Below, piece by piece: positions 50,725 to 60,994 of a DNA stretch of 64,000 nt. Origin of the DNA: Methanobacteriota archaeon (GTDB lineage: Archaea; Thermoplasmatota; Thermoplasmata; SG8-5; JAGLSY01); NCBI GenBank assembly GCA_020696385.1, contig JAEHCQ010000006.1, positions 64,001 through 128,000 on the forward strand, given 5' to 3'. Under the pieces are notes generated by a model. That model worked only from the letters and a program-made list of their open reading frames with translations. It was not told the origin of the DNA and did no database searches. Every line of letters starts with the position of its first letter. The first letter of the stretch is position 1. The position numbers and the translations under genes are program-made.

Positions 50725-51636
50725 TTATTCTTTCTTATCCTCTGAAAAGGCCTCGACGAACTTCAGGTCCATCTCGTTTTTCTTGTAGGCCCATCCCTGG
50801 ATGATCTTTATCTGCTCATCCGTCAGATGGCGGAAACGACCTTGCATTTTCAGATAATCATCGACTGGCTCCATCTTTGGCTTCACACTGAGGGTGATTA
50901 CCCCATCCACCATCTCGAAGAGGGTCCACATGCCTGAGTTGACCGCTTTCTTTGCGACCTCCACAGTTTTGGCGGTGTCCATTCTCCAGCCTGTTGGGCA
51001 TGGTGCAAATATCTGCAAGTATCGGAAACCTTTCATGTTCTTGGCCTTCTCGATCTTCCTTAGCATATCTGCGGGGTGACCGACACTGGCTGTAGCAACA
51101 TAAGGTACATTGTGAGCCATCATGATCTTTGGGATGTCCTTCTTGAACAATTCTTTTCCACCGATCTTTGTTCCTGCCGGTGTAGTTGTTGTCCAGGCTC
51201 CGAAAGGTGTACTTCCACTCCTCTGGATACCAGTGTTCATGTAAGCCTCATTATCATAGCAGATGTAGAGGATGTCCTCGTTTCTCTCAGCAGCTCCAGA
51301 AAGAGCCTGGAAACCGATATCTCCGGTTCCACCATCTCCTGCAAAGGCCACCACATTGACGTCCTCTTTGCCCTGCTTGTTAAGAGCCTGCTTGATACCA
51401 GCCGCGCATATTGCCGAATTCTCGAACAATACGTGCAGATAAGGGACCTTGAATGCATTGTGTGGATATGTTCCACCGAAGACAAGCAAACAACATGCTG
51501 GGAAGTACGTGACCGTATTTGGTCCAAGTATCTTCATTGCCGCTCTTACAACAATTGGAGCTCCGCATCCGCCACAAGCAGTGTGACCACTTGTGAATAG
51601 TTCTTCTTCTGGTAATGTCTTTATTGTGATACCTAT
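50725..51636 (-). CDS. porB: 2-oxoacid:ferredoxin oxidoreductase beta subunit (TPP-binding)
   Basis: GHTACGGCG, GDGGTGDIG, DNEAYMNTGIQRS, PCPTGW; start uncertain (ATA at 51636 or ATG at 51663). Confidence 0.9.
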   Translation of the reverse strand: MGITIKTLPEEELFTSGHTACGGCGAPIVVRAAMKILGPNTVTYFPACCLLVFGGTYPHNAFKVPYLHVLFENSAICAAGIKQALNKQGKEDVNVVAFAGDGGTGDIGFQALSGAAERNEDILYICYDNEAYMNTGIQRSGSTPFGAWTTTTPAGTKIGGKELFKKDIPKIMMAHNVPYVATASVGHPADMLRKIEKAKNMKGFRYLQIFAPCPTGWRMDTAKTVEVAKKAVNSGMWTLFEMVDGVITLSVKPKMEPVDDYLKMQGRFRHLTDEQIKIIQGWAYKKNEMDLKFVEAFSEDKKE

Positions 51637-52814
51637 GGTTTCACCCCCCTGGTGCCTATCCATACAATCTCATTCTCTGCTTCACCCTTCTCGGCTGCTT
51701 CCAGTACCTTATCGAACATCAAGCGAATATCTGGTTCTGTGACATCTCTGCCACCCAGACCTGCCAGAACATTGATGACTGGTATGGTGTAGCCGTATAG
51801 AGCATTCCTGGCCTCTATCCATGATGGTCCGCCAGCGCTGAAACTCACAGCCCTGTCATAGACTCCGATCGCCTTGCATTTGCTGGCGACCTTCCTGATG
51901 GCCTCGGTTGGGTATGGCCTGAAGAATCTCAGTTTGACCAGACCGACCTTTTTGCCTGCTGCCCGGTATTCATCGACTATATCACGAGCCGTGGATGTAA
52001 CTGTACCCAGTGTGATTAGGATAGCATCCGCGCCTTCTGTTTTGTATTCCTCAATAAGTCCACCGTAGTCGCGGCCAAACTCCTTGGCCCATTCTGCATT
52101 AACTTCCTCAACGACCTCAAGGGCATTCCTCATGGTCTCATCGGTCTGATATCTTACTTCCTGAATGTATTCTGGAGGTGAGAAGGAACCGATGATCATT
52201 GGATCCTTAGGATCCAGAACTGCGTGATCCGGTCTGTATGGTGGTAGGAATTTGTCCACTTTGTCCTGATCTGGGAAGTCGACTGGCTCGACAGTATGCG
52301 AAAGGATGAAAGCATCCAAGCACACCATGATAGGCAGAAGAACGCGTTTGTCCTCTGCGATCTTGAAAGCCTGGATGGTCATATCCATCACTTCCTGGTT
52401 ATCTTCAACGTAAACTTGCATCCATCCAGTATCTCTTTGAGGCATGGTGTCATTGTGCTCTGCCCAGATACCGATTGGTCCTGCGACTGTACGATTAACG
52501 ACGGGCATGACCACTGGAAGGTGAGCTGATCCTGCAATGAAAAGAACTTCATGCATGAGTGCCAGTCCCTGTGATGCTGTCGCCGTGTATGTTCTAACAC
52601 CTGTTGCACTGGCTGCGACACAAGCGCTCATAGCGCTGTGCTCGCTCTCGCACCTCATGAAGGCCGAGTCCAAAAGTCCATCATTTACGAATTCCGAAAG
52701 GTGCTCGACAATGAAGGTCTGTGGTGTTATTGGGTAGGCCGCGATAACGTCCACCCTTGCAAGCATGGCCGCAAATGCAGCCGCATAATTACCTGTAACT
52801 ACTCTTTTAACCAT
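51633..52814 (-). CDS. porA: 2-oxoacid:ferredoxin oxidoreductase alpha subunit
   Basis: AYPITPQT, ESEHSAMSAC, TATASQGL, GLGGRD. Confidence 0.92.
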   Translation of the reverse strand: MVKRVVTGNYAAAFAAMLARVDVIAAYPITPQTFIVEHLSEFVNDGLLDSAFMRCESEHSAMSACVAASATGVRTYTATASQGLALMHEVLFIAGSAHLPVVMPVVNRTVAGPIGIWAEHNDTMPQRDTGWMQVYVEDNQEVMDMTIQAFKIAEDKRVLLPIMVCLDAFILSHTVEPVDFPDQDKVDKFLPPYRPDHAVLDPKDPMIIGSFSPPEYIQEVRYQTDETMRNALEVVEEVNAEWAKEFGRDYGGLIEEYKTEGADAILITLGTVTSTARDIVDEYRAAGKKVGLVKLRFFRPYPTEAIRKVASKCKAIGVYDRAVSFSAGGPSWIEARNALYGYTIPVINVLAGLGGRDVTEPDIRLMFDKVLEAAEKGEAENEIVWIGTRGVKP

Positions 52815-52884
52815 ATCGAATCCCTCCATTCTGTTCCGGGCTTTTCTGATGCTCTGCCATATTCAAATTTAAACGCATCAGAAA

Positions 52885-53781
52885 TCACCGCTCCATCTTT
52901 ATTGCATCTTTTGGACATTCATTGGCGCATATTCCGCAACCTTTGCAGTATTCCAGGTGGAATTCCAGGGTCTTGGCATCGCCTTCGCCGACCTCTTTGA
53001 TCGCTCCGTCTGGACAGTAGAACCAACACATTCTGCACATGATGCATTTGTCAGGATCATGTACCGGAGCGAAGGTCTTCCAGCTTCCAGTTTTGTTATC
53101 TACAAAACTGCCTGGGCCAACGAGCCCCTCTGGTGTTTTCATGGGCCTGGTGGCTAATCCTAGTGGGAGCTCCTTATAATCTGGAAGCCATTTACCGCCT
53201 TTTTCATAGGTCATGGTTCCCTTGCAGGTTCCTACACTTGTTCTTTCGTAGGCGACCTTTGCGGCATTGGCATTCTTGGCAGCCAGTTTCTCTCCGATCC
53301 TGCTACCGAAGATATCCATGATACCTGCGACGATCGAATCAATAGAAACAAGACCAGTAGCCTTTGCAAAAGCACCCAGGATCGCACTGTTAGTGATAGG
53401 CTGACCCAGTGTTTCCAATGCCACTGTGGTTGCGTCAACTGTTGCACATTTGACCGATTTTCCCAGCTCGATATCCTCTGGCTTTGCATTGGAATTGATA
53501 ATGGCCATTCCGTCATCCTTCAATCCATCTGCAACATCCACAAGACCTGTCAGCTTGTCATCCAGGACCACGATATAATCTGGCTCGTAAATGAGCGTCT
53601 TGGAGAATATCTTGTCCTTATCTACCCTTGTAAAGGCCATTACCGGGGCACCTCTTCTCTCTGCTCCAAAGTAGGGGAACGCGACTGCGTAATTACCTTC
53701 CTGGAAAGCAGCGGAAGCAAGTGCCTGGGCTGCCATTACGGCTCCCTGGCCTCCTCGACCATGAAATCTTACTTCAAACAT
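52885..53781 (-). CDS. 2-oxoacid:ferredoxin oxidoreductase fused gamma/delta subunit
   Basis: [16 protein letters not shown]; C-terminal KTGSWK and two CxxCxxCxxxCP ferredoxin motifs. Confidence 0.9.
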   Translation of the reverse strand: MFEVRFHGRGGQGAVMAAQALASAAFQEGNYAVAFPYFGAERRGAPVMAFTRVDKDKIFSKTLIYEPDYIVVLDDKLTGLVDVADGLKDDGMAIINSNAKPEDIELGKSVKCATVDATTVALETLGQPITNSAILGAFAKATGLVSIDSIVAGIMDIFGSRIGEKLAAKNANAAKVAYERTSVGTCKGTMTYEKGGKWLPDYKELPLGLATRPMKTPEGLVGPGSFVDNKTGSWKTFAPVHDPDKCIMCRMCWFYCPDGAIKEVGEGDAKTLEFHLEYCKGCGICANECPKDAIKMER

Positions 53782-53984
53782 TTTCTATCTCCTTTTTTAT
53801 TACGTAAATACGGTTATGTGGGCGAGTATGGAAATCATGATAATAAGGGTTGTGATTAATTATAGAATGAAGAATGTCAAAAATGATAAAATCAAACTCA
53901 TTACGCAAATAATTTACAAACATGTTTTATAAAATAAATGCGTGCACATCAAAGAGAGAATGTGCATTTAAAAATTGGAAAGAT

Positions 53985-54010
53985 TGGGAAGGCTTTTTAC
54001 AGCCTTCCCA
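53985..54010 (-). terminator. Terminator hairpin after the single-chain PFOR gene
   Basis: TGGGAAGGCT-TTTTAC-AGCCTTCCCA, followed on the minus strand by T-rich sequence. Confidence 0.6.
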
Positions 54011-54039
54011 TTATTCTTTATTTTGGCTTGACAGCTATC

Positions 54040-57000
54040 CTAGCATTCTTCTGCTGCCATGGCCTTGTACTTGAGATATTTCTCTTTCTGGCTCACGGCA
54101 AGGTGTGCATGCAGTTTCTTGGCGTCCTCGGGGAACTGGAGAGTGAGTGTGTGATACCTTACCTCTCCCATCAGGAATTCCTGCATGTCTCCGGTTGGCT
54201 CTTTGGAGTCCAGCTGGAATGGGTTCTTTCCCTCTTCCTTGAGCCTTGGGTCATACCTGTAGAGGAACCAGTAACCGGCCTCGACAGCCTTCTTCTCCTC
54301 TGACTGGGTCTTGGTCATGCCACCAGCTTTTATTCCATGGTTGATGCATGGCGCATAAGCAATTATCAGGGATGGTCCAGGGTAAGATTCTGCTTCCTTG
54401 ACAGCTTTTAGGTACTGATTCTTGTTGGCTCCGATCGCCACCATTGCCACATAGATATAACCATAGGACATTGCAATGACTCCCAGGTCCTTCTTCACGG
54501 TCTTTTTCCCGCTGGCTGCGAACTTCGCAACCGAACCTACGGGTGTCGCCTTGGAAGCCTGGCCGCCGGTATTGGAGTAAACCTCGGTGTCCATAACGAG
54601 AACGTTCACGTCATGTCCCATAGCCAGCACATGGTCAAGACCTCCATATCCTATATCGTAGGCCCAGCCGTCTCCACCGAATATCCAGTGTGATGGTTTG
54701 GTGAACATATCTTTCTCATCATACATTCCTGCAAGGATCTTGTCCTCCGAGCGCTCTTTGAGGAACTCCTGGATCTTTAGAGATACTGGTTTACAATCAT
54801 CACCGATGTGCATTACTTCGAGCCACTTGGTCAGAAGTTCTTTGAATTCACCCTCAACTTTGTTCTCGTCAAGTGCGATCCTGACATAGCTTGCAAGCTT
54901 GTCTCTCCTGGCAGATGTAGCCAACTGCATTCCGAAACCGTATTCGGCATTGTCCTCGAAGAGGGAATTGGCCCATGCAGGTCCATGTCCCAGTTCGTTC
55001 ACAGTGTATGCTGTTGATGGTGAATATGCGGCCCAAATGGATGAACAGCCAGTTGCATTGGCTATCATCATTCTGTCACCGTAAAGCTGTGTGATGGCCT
55101 TAACATAAGGTGTCTCTCCACAACCTGCACAAGCACCCGAGAATTCAAGCAATGGTCTGCGGAACTGGGAACCCTTGACAGTGTACTTGCTCATTCCACC
55201 ATCGCGGACCGGCAATGAATTCAGATAGTCCCAGAGTGCTTCGCCACCTTTTTCCCTCTGGCCTTCCATGGATGTCATCTCCAGTGCCTTGCCCTTGGTT
55301 GCCGGGCAGACATCAACACAGTTTCCACAGCCCTGGCAGTCCATAACAGATACTGCAAGGGTGAACTCGTATTCTCCCATATCTTTACCCATAGCTAGCA
55401 ATCCGATGTAACCCTCAGGGGCCTTCTCGGCTTCCTGCTTCTTGAGAAGGACTGGCCTTATGACCGCATGCGGGCAGACGAATGCACATTGATTACACTG
55501 GATACAGTTCTCGGAGATCCATTCGGGAACAGTGATAGTTGTTCCACGCTTCTCGTATTTGGAAGTCCCTGGTGGGAAGAAACCACTTGGTGTGAAATCA
55601 GAGGTCTTGAGGTCATCGCCCTTGAGATTACCCATGGTGTCCACGACCCTTCTGATGAACTCTGGCCGGCTCTCGTCAACATGAGCAGGAGCATCAACAG
55701 CATTCTTCCATGATTCAGGATATTCGATCTTCTGGAGCTTGGCCAAGGCCGCATCAACAGCGTCGAAGTTCATCTGAACAATCTTATCACCCTTTCTACC
55801 GTATGTCTTCTTGATAGCACCCTTCAAAAGAGCGAATGCGTCATCGACTGGCATGATCTTTGCCAGTTTGAAAAAGACAGACTGCATGATCATATTGATC
55901 CTCTGGCCAAGGCCAAGTTCCTGTGCGAGTGCAAAAGCATCGATATTGTAAAATTCCAAATTATTCAGGGCTATGTCTCTCTTTAGCTTACTGGGGAACC
56001 TTTTCTCCATATCCTCAAGGGTCATTGGTGAGTTCAAAACGAAAGTTCCTCCTTCCTTGATGCCCTCCAGTACGTCATATTTCTCGACATACGTGGTGCT
56101 GTGAACCGCGATATAATCGGCAGTATCCAGATTGTATCTTGCCTTAATGGCCTCATCGCCGAATCTCAAGTGAGAGCGAGTAACACCGCCGGATTTCTTT
56201 GCATCATACTCAAAGTAACCCTGGACGAACTTGTCCGTATTGTCTCCGATTATCTTTATAGCTTCTTTATTGGCACCAACGGTTCCGTCACCGCCTATTC
56301 CCCAGAACTTGCATCTGACCGTGGATGCTGGTTCTGTGTCTATCTTCTCGGACAGCTCCAGGCTTGTGTGTGTAATGTCGTCAGTTATACCGATCGTGAA
56401 GTGATTTTTCGGTGTATCCAGTGCAAGATTGTCAAATACAGTCTTGGCCATCGTGGCCGTGAACTCCTTGGAGCTCAAACCATACCTTCCACCGACAATG
56501 GTCCTCATGTCACCCTTCTGTTGGAATATGGTACAGATATCCTCGAAAAGCGGTTCACCGTAAGCACCTGGCTCCTTTGTCCTATCGAGAACAGCGATCG
56601 CCTTCGCGGTCTTTGGAATTGCATTGTATATTTCCTCGACTGGCAATGGCCTGTAAAGTCTGAGATTGACGACACCGATCTTCTCACCCTTCGAGCAAAG
56701 ATGTTCAACAACTTCACATGTGGTCATCGCACCTGCACCCATCGCGATGATGACTCTCTCGGCATCCGGGCTTCCAAAGTAATCAACAAGGTGATACTGT
56801 CTTCCGGTGAGCTTTGCGACGCGATCCATCTCTTCCTGAACTATCTGAGGGACTCTGTCATAATACTCATTACTCCTCTCTCTTATCTGGAAATATGTGT
56901 CTGGTCCAGCAGCAGCCATTCTGATGTGTGGGTGCTCGGGGTTGAGTGCCCGAGCCTTGAACTTCTCGACGCAGTCCCAATCGACCAGATTGGCCATATC

Positions 57001-57570
57001 ATCATAGTCCAATACATTGATTTTCTGTATCTCGTGGGAGCTTCTGAATCCCTCGAAAAAGTGTATGAAGGGCACAGATGACCTCAAAGTGGCGAGGTGA
57101 GCAACAAGCCCCAGATCCATTATCTCCTGGATAGAAGATGAGCATATCTCGGCGTACCCGGATGGTCTAGCGGCCATCACATCGGAGTGGTCTCCGAAAA
57201 TTGAGAGAACCTCCATTGCCAGGGAACGAGCTGAAACATGGAATACTGTAGGCATCAATTCGCCGGATATTTTGAACATGTTGGGAAGCATCAAAAGAAG
57301 TCCCTGGGATGCCGTGAATGTCGTAGTAAACGCACCCGCGGCAAGAGAGCCATGAATAGCGCCTGCGGCACCTCCCTCTGACTGCATTTCAGCCACTTTC
57401 AAGACCTGGCCGAAAATATTCTTTCTTCCGTGCGCGGCCCATTCATCTGCGATCTCACCCATGGTGGAAGACGGTGTGATGGGATATATCGCTGCCACAT
57501 CACTGAACGCGTACGCCACATGCGCCGCGGCCGTATTGCCATCCATTGATTTCATTTTATCTTTTGACAT
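54040..57570 (-). CDS. nifJ: Single-chain pyruvate:ferredoxin (flavodoxin) oxidoreductase
   Basis: DGNTAAAHVAY, YPITPSS, EMQSEGGAAG, two ferredoxin motifs, FSGACAGCGE, GGDGWAYDIG, YAPCINHG. Confidence 0.96.
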   Translation of the reverse strand: MSKDKMKSMDGNTAAAHVAYAFSDVAAIYPITPSSTMGEIADEWAAHGRKNIFGQVLKVAEMQSEGGAAGAIHGSLAAGAFTTTFTASQGLLLMLPNMFKISGELMPTVFHVSARSLAMEVLSIFGDHSDVMAARPSGYAEICSSSIQEIMDLGLVAHLATLRSSVPFIHFFEGFRSSHEIQKINVLDYDDMANLVDWDCVEKFKARALNPEHPHIRMAAAGPDTYFQIRERSNEYYDRVPQIVQEEMDRVAKLTGRQYHLVDYFGSPDAERVIIAMGAGAMTTCEVVEHLCSKGEKIGVVNLRLYRPLPVEEIYNAIPKTAKAIAVLDRTKEPGAYGEPLFEDICTIFQQKGDMRTIVGGRYGLSSKEFTATMAKTVFDNLALDTPKNHFTIGITDDITHTSLELSEKIDTEPASTVRCKFWGIGGDGTVGANKEAIKIIGDNTDKFVQGYFEYDAKKSGGVTRSHLRFGDEAIKARYNLDTADYIAVHSTTYVEKYDVLEGIKEGGTFVLNSPMTLEDMEKRFPSKLKRDIALNNLEFYNIDAFALAQELGLGQRINMIMQSVFFKLAKIMPVDDAFALLKGAIKKTYGRKGDKIVQMNFDAVDAALAKLQKIEYPESWKNAVDAPAHVDESRPEFIRRVVDTMGNLKGDDLKTSDFTPSGFFPPGTSKYEKRGTTITVPEWISENCIQCNQCAFVCPHAVIRPVLLKKQEAEKAPEGYIGLLAMGKDMGEYEFTLAVSVMDCQGCGNCVDVCPATKGKALEMTSMEGQREKGGEALWDYLNSLPVRDGGMSKYTVKGSQFRRPLLEFSGACAGCGETPYVKAITQLYGDRMMIANATGCSSIWAAYSPSTAYTVNELGHGPAWANSLFEDNAEYGFGMQLATSARRDKLASYVRIALDENKVEGEFKELLTKWLEVMHIGDDCKPVSLKIQEFLKERSEDKILAGMYDEKDMFTKPSHWIFGGDGWAYDIGYGGLDHVLAMGHDVNVLVMDTEVYSNTGGQASKATPVGSVAKFAASGKKTVKKDLGVIAMSYGYIYVAMVAIGANKNQYLKAVKEAESYPGPSLIIAYAPCINHGIKAGGMTKTQSEEKKAVEAGYWFLYRYDPRLKEEGKNPFQLDSKEPTGDMQEFLMGEVRYHTLTLQFPEDAKKLHAHLAVSQKEKYLKYKAMAAEEC

Positions 57571-57867
57571 ATTAATACCTCGTCAATTCCAATCCCTTGC
57601 CCGTATGGCTTGAGGAATGAATTTCAATCCATTTCTGGATGGGGAGCGGTAATATGTTATCTACTTTAATGTTATTGTATAGTTAGTATATAGATATGAT
57701 AATTTTCAATGTATTTTGTGCCATAAATACTATTTTTCGAAATATTTTGATATCTTTAGACAAAATAAATTTCCGAGAAGATATGGAAATATGCAATAAA
57801 ATCCATAGTGTAGAACAAAATTCCAGGCATAAGACTTATATTACCAAGATATATACCTAGTGAACAA

Positions 57868-57926
57868 TGAGGGCTCCCAAAGCTGAAGCATTGGGATATC
57901 CTATCTGGATATGAGCCCTTATTGAA
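57868..57926. mobile_element. IS200/IS605-type end remnant, family 2 copy A (three-way junction)
   Basis: TGAGGGCTCCCAA...GAGCCCTTATTGAA shared with 62548-62627; stems AGGGCTC/GAGCCCT, CCCAA/TTGGG and ATATCC/GGATAT. Confidence 0.5.
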
Positions 57927-57991
57927 TTCAACCCAAGCCGATATTGTACATATTGTCCTGCTTCGACTTGGGGATGATTCAATAAAAGGTC

Positions 57992-58375
57992 GTGATTACT
58001 TTGCCATCTACAATAGGTAAGAAAAAACCACATGCGAAAGGCTCCGCCAGAGAAGAACAATATCTTGATCTCGGGGCGATGGGATATGAAGATGAAAGTC
58101 TAGCAAAATTTGCAGGCTCATCTATCAAGATAGCTGAGATCTATCGTTTTGAGGATCTTAAGAACCTTACCAAATACCTATATGAGGGTCACACGATCAT
58201 TATAGATTATTCATCCTTGGCCAATGATGAGCTGATCATGAGAAGGATCACAAATGAGCTGAAAGCCATCACCGATGATACGAACGGTGATGTTGCAGGT
58301 ATTGGTCATCATATGTTATTGGCTACATCTAATGGCATAATGGTGGACAGGAACAAGATACGCGGTTCCTATTGA
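57992..58375 (+). CDS. sepF: Cell division protein SepF
   Basis: YLDL, IKIAEIYRFEDL, YEGHTIIIDY, GDVAGIG...LATSNGIMVDRNKI typical of archaeal SepF. Confidence 0.85.
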   Translation: MITLPSTIGKKKPHAKGSAREEQYLDLGAMGYEDESLAKFAGSSIKIAEIYRFEDLKNLTKYLYEGHTIIIDYSSLANDELIMRRITNELKAITDDTNGDVAGIGHHMLLATSNGIMVDRNKIRGSY

Positions 58376-58469
58376 TCATCGTGACAACCCAGATTATATT
58401 TATTGAATAGTGTGAACGCTGTAAATATTCTGCATTATCTCATCTATGGAATGATTTATATTGATCATT

Positions 58470-59141
58470 CTATTGCGATTTCATCGAAAGCAGTTTGACA
58501 CTTATCTTATCGCCATATTCTATCAATGCCGCATAGCCATCCTTTGCGGCCCCGGGATTGACATATGTGCACCCCTTCTTCTCGATGGAACCTCTTGCAT
58601 CTGACACATGCCCAGATATCACAAGCCTCGGCTTCACCATGCGTATGTATTCTCGGATATCTCGATTACCCACATGCTTACCCTCTGCCTTGTCATTGAA
58701 GCCGAATGGTGGGATGTGAGTGATTAGAATATCAATGGTCTTCTCATTGATATCCTCCATACCCTGGATATCCTCAACTGTCTCCAATCTAGGAAGGCTC
58801 AGCTCTGCCACTTTCTCATGCACTTCTTCCTTCTTGAAAAGATCAAAGGGGTACACGATGCCATGAAATTCCACGCCCCTGAAGGACATGTGTGTGTCAG
58901 CATCCATGTACTCTTCTTTCAATATCTCGCCGATCATCTCTTTGGGATCCGAATTACCATTAACAAAAAGTATGGGGAGGTCAATGTTCCTTATGAACTC
59001 CGTCGCCCAGGATGTTGGTCCAAAGTGTGTTATATCTCCAGCCAGCACGATGATGTCGGGATGATGTTCTGAAATAAGGTCAACAAGAACTTTCTCTCCA
59101 GTTCTTGTTCCGTGTATGTCACTGAGAGCCAGTATTTTCAA
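58470..59141 (-). CDS. Metallophosphoesterase
   Basis: LSDIHG, AGDIT, GNSD, THIPP, SGHV, VNPG; likely TTG start after GGAGGTGG. Confidence 0.85.
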   Translation of the reverse strand: MKILALSDIHGTRTGEKVLVDLISEHHPDIIVLAGDITHFGPTSWATEFIRNIDLPILFVNGNSDPKEMIGEILKEEYMDADTHMSFRGVEFHGIVYPFDLFKKEEVHEKVAELSLPRLETVEDIQGMEDINEKTIDILITHIPPFGFNDKAEGKHVGNRDIREYIRMVKPRLVISGHVSDARGSIEKKGCTYVNPGAAKDGYAALIEYGDKISVKLLSMKSQ

Positions 59142-59184
59142 GGTTCCACCTCCATCATACAATAATGCATTACTCATATATCAT

Positions 59185-60129
59185 TTATATTGTGAATATC
59201 AGGACAGCTACGGCGAATCCAAGTATGGCGCCTGTATTCAGCAATGGCAATCCAGCTTGAGGATTCCCTCTCATGACGAACTTCATCAAGGCCATGAAGC
59301 CGATCAGGCCTCCGATTATTGTTGCCATGGCCACCATTGTACTTTCAAATGTTGGTCCACCATTGGAGAAGAAAGTATAGGCCGATACAGCGAGACTGCC
59401 CGGGATGATTATATCACCCAGACCCATGAACATCGCCTCTATCTTCTTTTTCTTCTTCAAAGAGGATTTAATACCTTTCTGGTCCCTGAAGGAATAGTTC
59501 TTTGATTTGGGAACCACCAGGAGCACTGGTAAATGCTGTTCAGTGACCGCATCTGCCAATGCTATCATGTGTTTTGTCTTGTAGACTGCTATGGCGTCAT
59601 AGATCGCCAGACCTATCAGAAGTATGAGGATCGGGTATAGTCCAAGTGAGATACCCAATATCGCGGTAACTCCTGCTCCAATGATTATACCCAGGGTGTT
59701 AACGACATACCATTCAGGAAATTTGTAAAGGATATATGTCAGGATAACTGAGATCACAAAGGCAAGTAGATTGATGAAGGCTATCAGTGAATCCTGAGAC
59801 CATGCTGGCGGTGGATTTCCTCCAATATACCACACTATGTAAAATAGAGGTAATAGAAGTACGGAATACAGGGCAAGGCATGATGCGAAAAGGATCAGCA
59901 ACTGAACGAAATTCTTTTTGCCAGCCTTGATTAATAAGAGAATAACACCCGTGAAAAGCAGTATGATGACCATGTACATGATGGGGTTCATGGGATCTTC
60001 TGGATCCTCGAAGGCCTGATAGCCCGCATCGGACATCGGGCCCGAAATAAGAAGAGCCAGTATCTGGGTGAATACAAAAATAGCTCCCATCCCGATGATG
60101 GAATATATCTCGCCTTTGGACAGGGCCAT
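59185..60129 (-). CDS. Presenilin-family intramembrane aspartyl protease (A22)
   Basis: LAIYDAIAV (YD), MGLGD (GxGD), PQAGLPLLN; multiple TM helices. Confidence 0.92.
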   Translation of the reverse strand: MALSKGEIYSIIGMGAIFVFTQILALLISGPMSDAGYQAFEDPEDPMNPIMYMVIILLFTGVILLLIKAGKKNFVQLLILFASCLALYSVLLLPLFYIVWYIGGNPPPAWSQDSLIAFINLLAFVISVILTYILYKFPEWYVVNTLGIIIGAGVTAILGISLGLYPILILLIGLAIYDAIAVYKTKHMIALADAVTEQHLPVLLVVPKSKNYSFRDQKGIKSSLKKKKKIEAMFMGLGDIIIPGSLAVSAYTFFSNGGPTFESTMVAMATIIGGLIGFMALMKFVMRGNPQAGLPLLNTGAILGFAVAVLIFTI

Positions 60130-60133
60130 GTGA

Positions 60134-60757
60134 TCACTCTGTGTGCAATACGGCGAAGGCCATTTTTCCCATGACCTTGGTGACCTTTATCTTGACAATG
60201 GAACCCTTTGCAGTTCCTGGCACATATATTATGAAATCGTCTATTTTGGCGATACCGTCGCCTTTCTTTCCAACATCCTGGATCATGACCTCATAGACAC
60301 TGTTTGCAACAACTGCCTTGACATCCCGTGCTGCCGTGGTGCTCTTTCTCACACCAATTGGTCTTCTTGCTCCGCATGCCTCACATTCAAGAACATCCAC
60401 CCTGCCTTCCTTGACAATGTGGGTATCTGGTCGCTTGCATTCGGTGCATAGAACAAAAGAATTCACATAGGCTTTTAATCTAGTTTCTACCTGTTTTGGT
60501 ATAAGACGGCTCTTGAAAACAGCCCTCTTACCATCCAGAACACCTGGAGTTCCAAGCTCTCTCTGGAAATATGCGAGTAGATCAGTAGGCTTGCGCCTTA
60601 TTGTCTCAGCTATGTCTCCGAAGTTCCTGAAAACAGTTGATTTACCCTCTACGAAAAGATCAACTTCCGGAACTTGGAACCTTTCTTCCTTTGTGATCCC
60701 CTTAGGCAATTTCTCCTTAGCGGATTTCAATAGCTCAGAATAATCGTATTCGGTCAT
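60134..60757 (-). CDS. eif2b: Translation initiation factor aIF-2 beta with C-terminal TRAM domain
   Basis: ERFQVP, RELGTPG, CTECKRPDT...CEACGA zinc ribbon; TRAM IQDVGKKGDGIAK. Confidence 0.93.
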   Translation of the reverse strand: MTEYDYSELLKSAKEKLPKGITKEERFQVPEVDLFVEGKSTVFRNFGDIAETIRRKPTDLLAYFQRELGTPGVLDGKRAVFKSRLIPKQVETRLKAYVNSFVLCTECKRPDTHIVKEGRVDVLECEACGARRPIGVRKSTTAARDVKAVVANSVYEVMIQDVGKKGDGIAKIDDFIIYVPGTAKGSIVKIKVTKVMGKMAFAVLHTE

Positions 60758-60925
60758 GCAGACCCGATTATTCTGGCATTGAATATATAATATTCGGTTG
60801 AAACAACCCGCTGTAGCGGTATGTTTCAATTGTAGGCCATAACCTCGACCTCTCGAAGCTTTATCCAGCTTCGAGTCCAGTTAAAAAAATAATGATGAGG
60901 TTACGGCGGTATAATATGTCCAAAC

Positions 60926-60950
60926 CCGCAGAGAAAATCATACTCTGCGG
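60926..60950 (-). terminator. Hairpin downstream of rtcB
   Basis: CCGCAGAG-AAAATCATA-CTCTGCGG. Confidence 0.4.
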
Positions 60951-60994
60951 TTATTCATGTTGATGCCAGGCCTCAGTGTGGTGGTGTGTTTCCA

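Noticed and set aside
56101-57081. 326-aa ORF antisense to nifJ, and many other shadow ORFs such as 7662-8330 and 41025-41873
   Set aside because: They lie opposite well-supported genes, have no recognisable motifs, and are explained by codon bias on the coding strand
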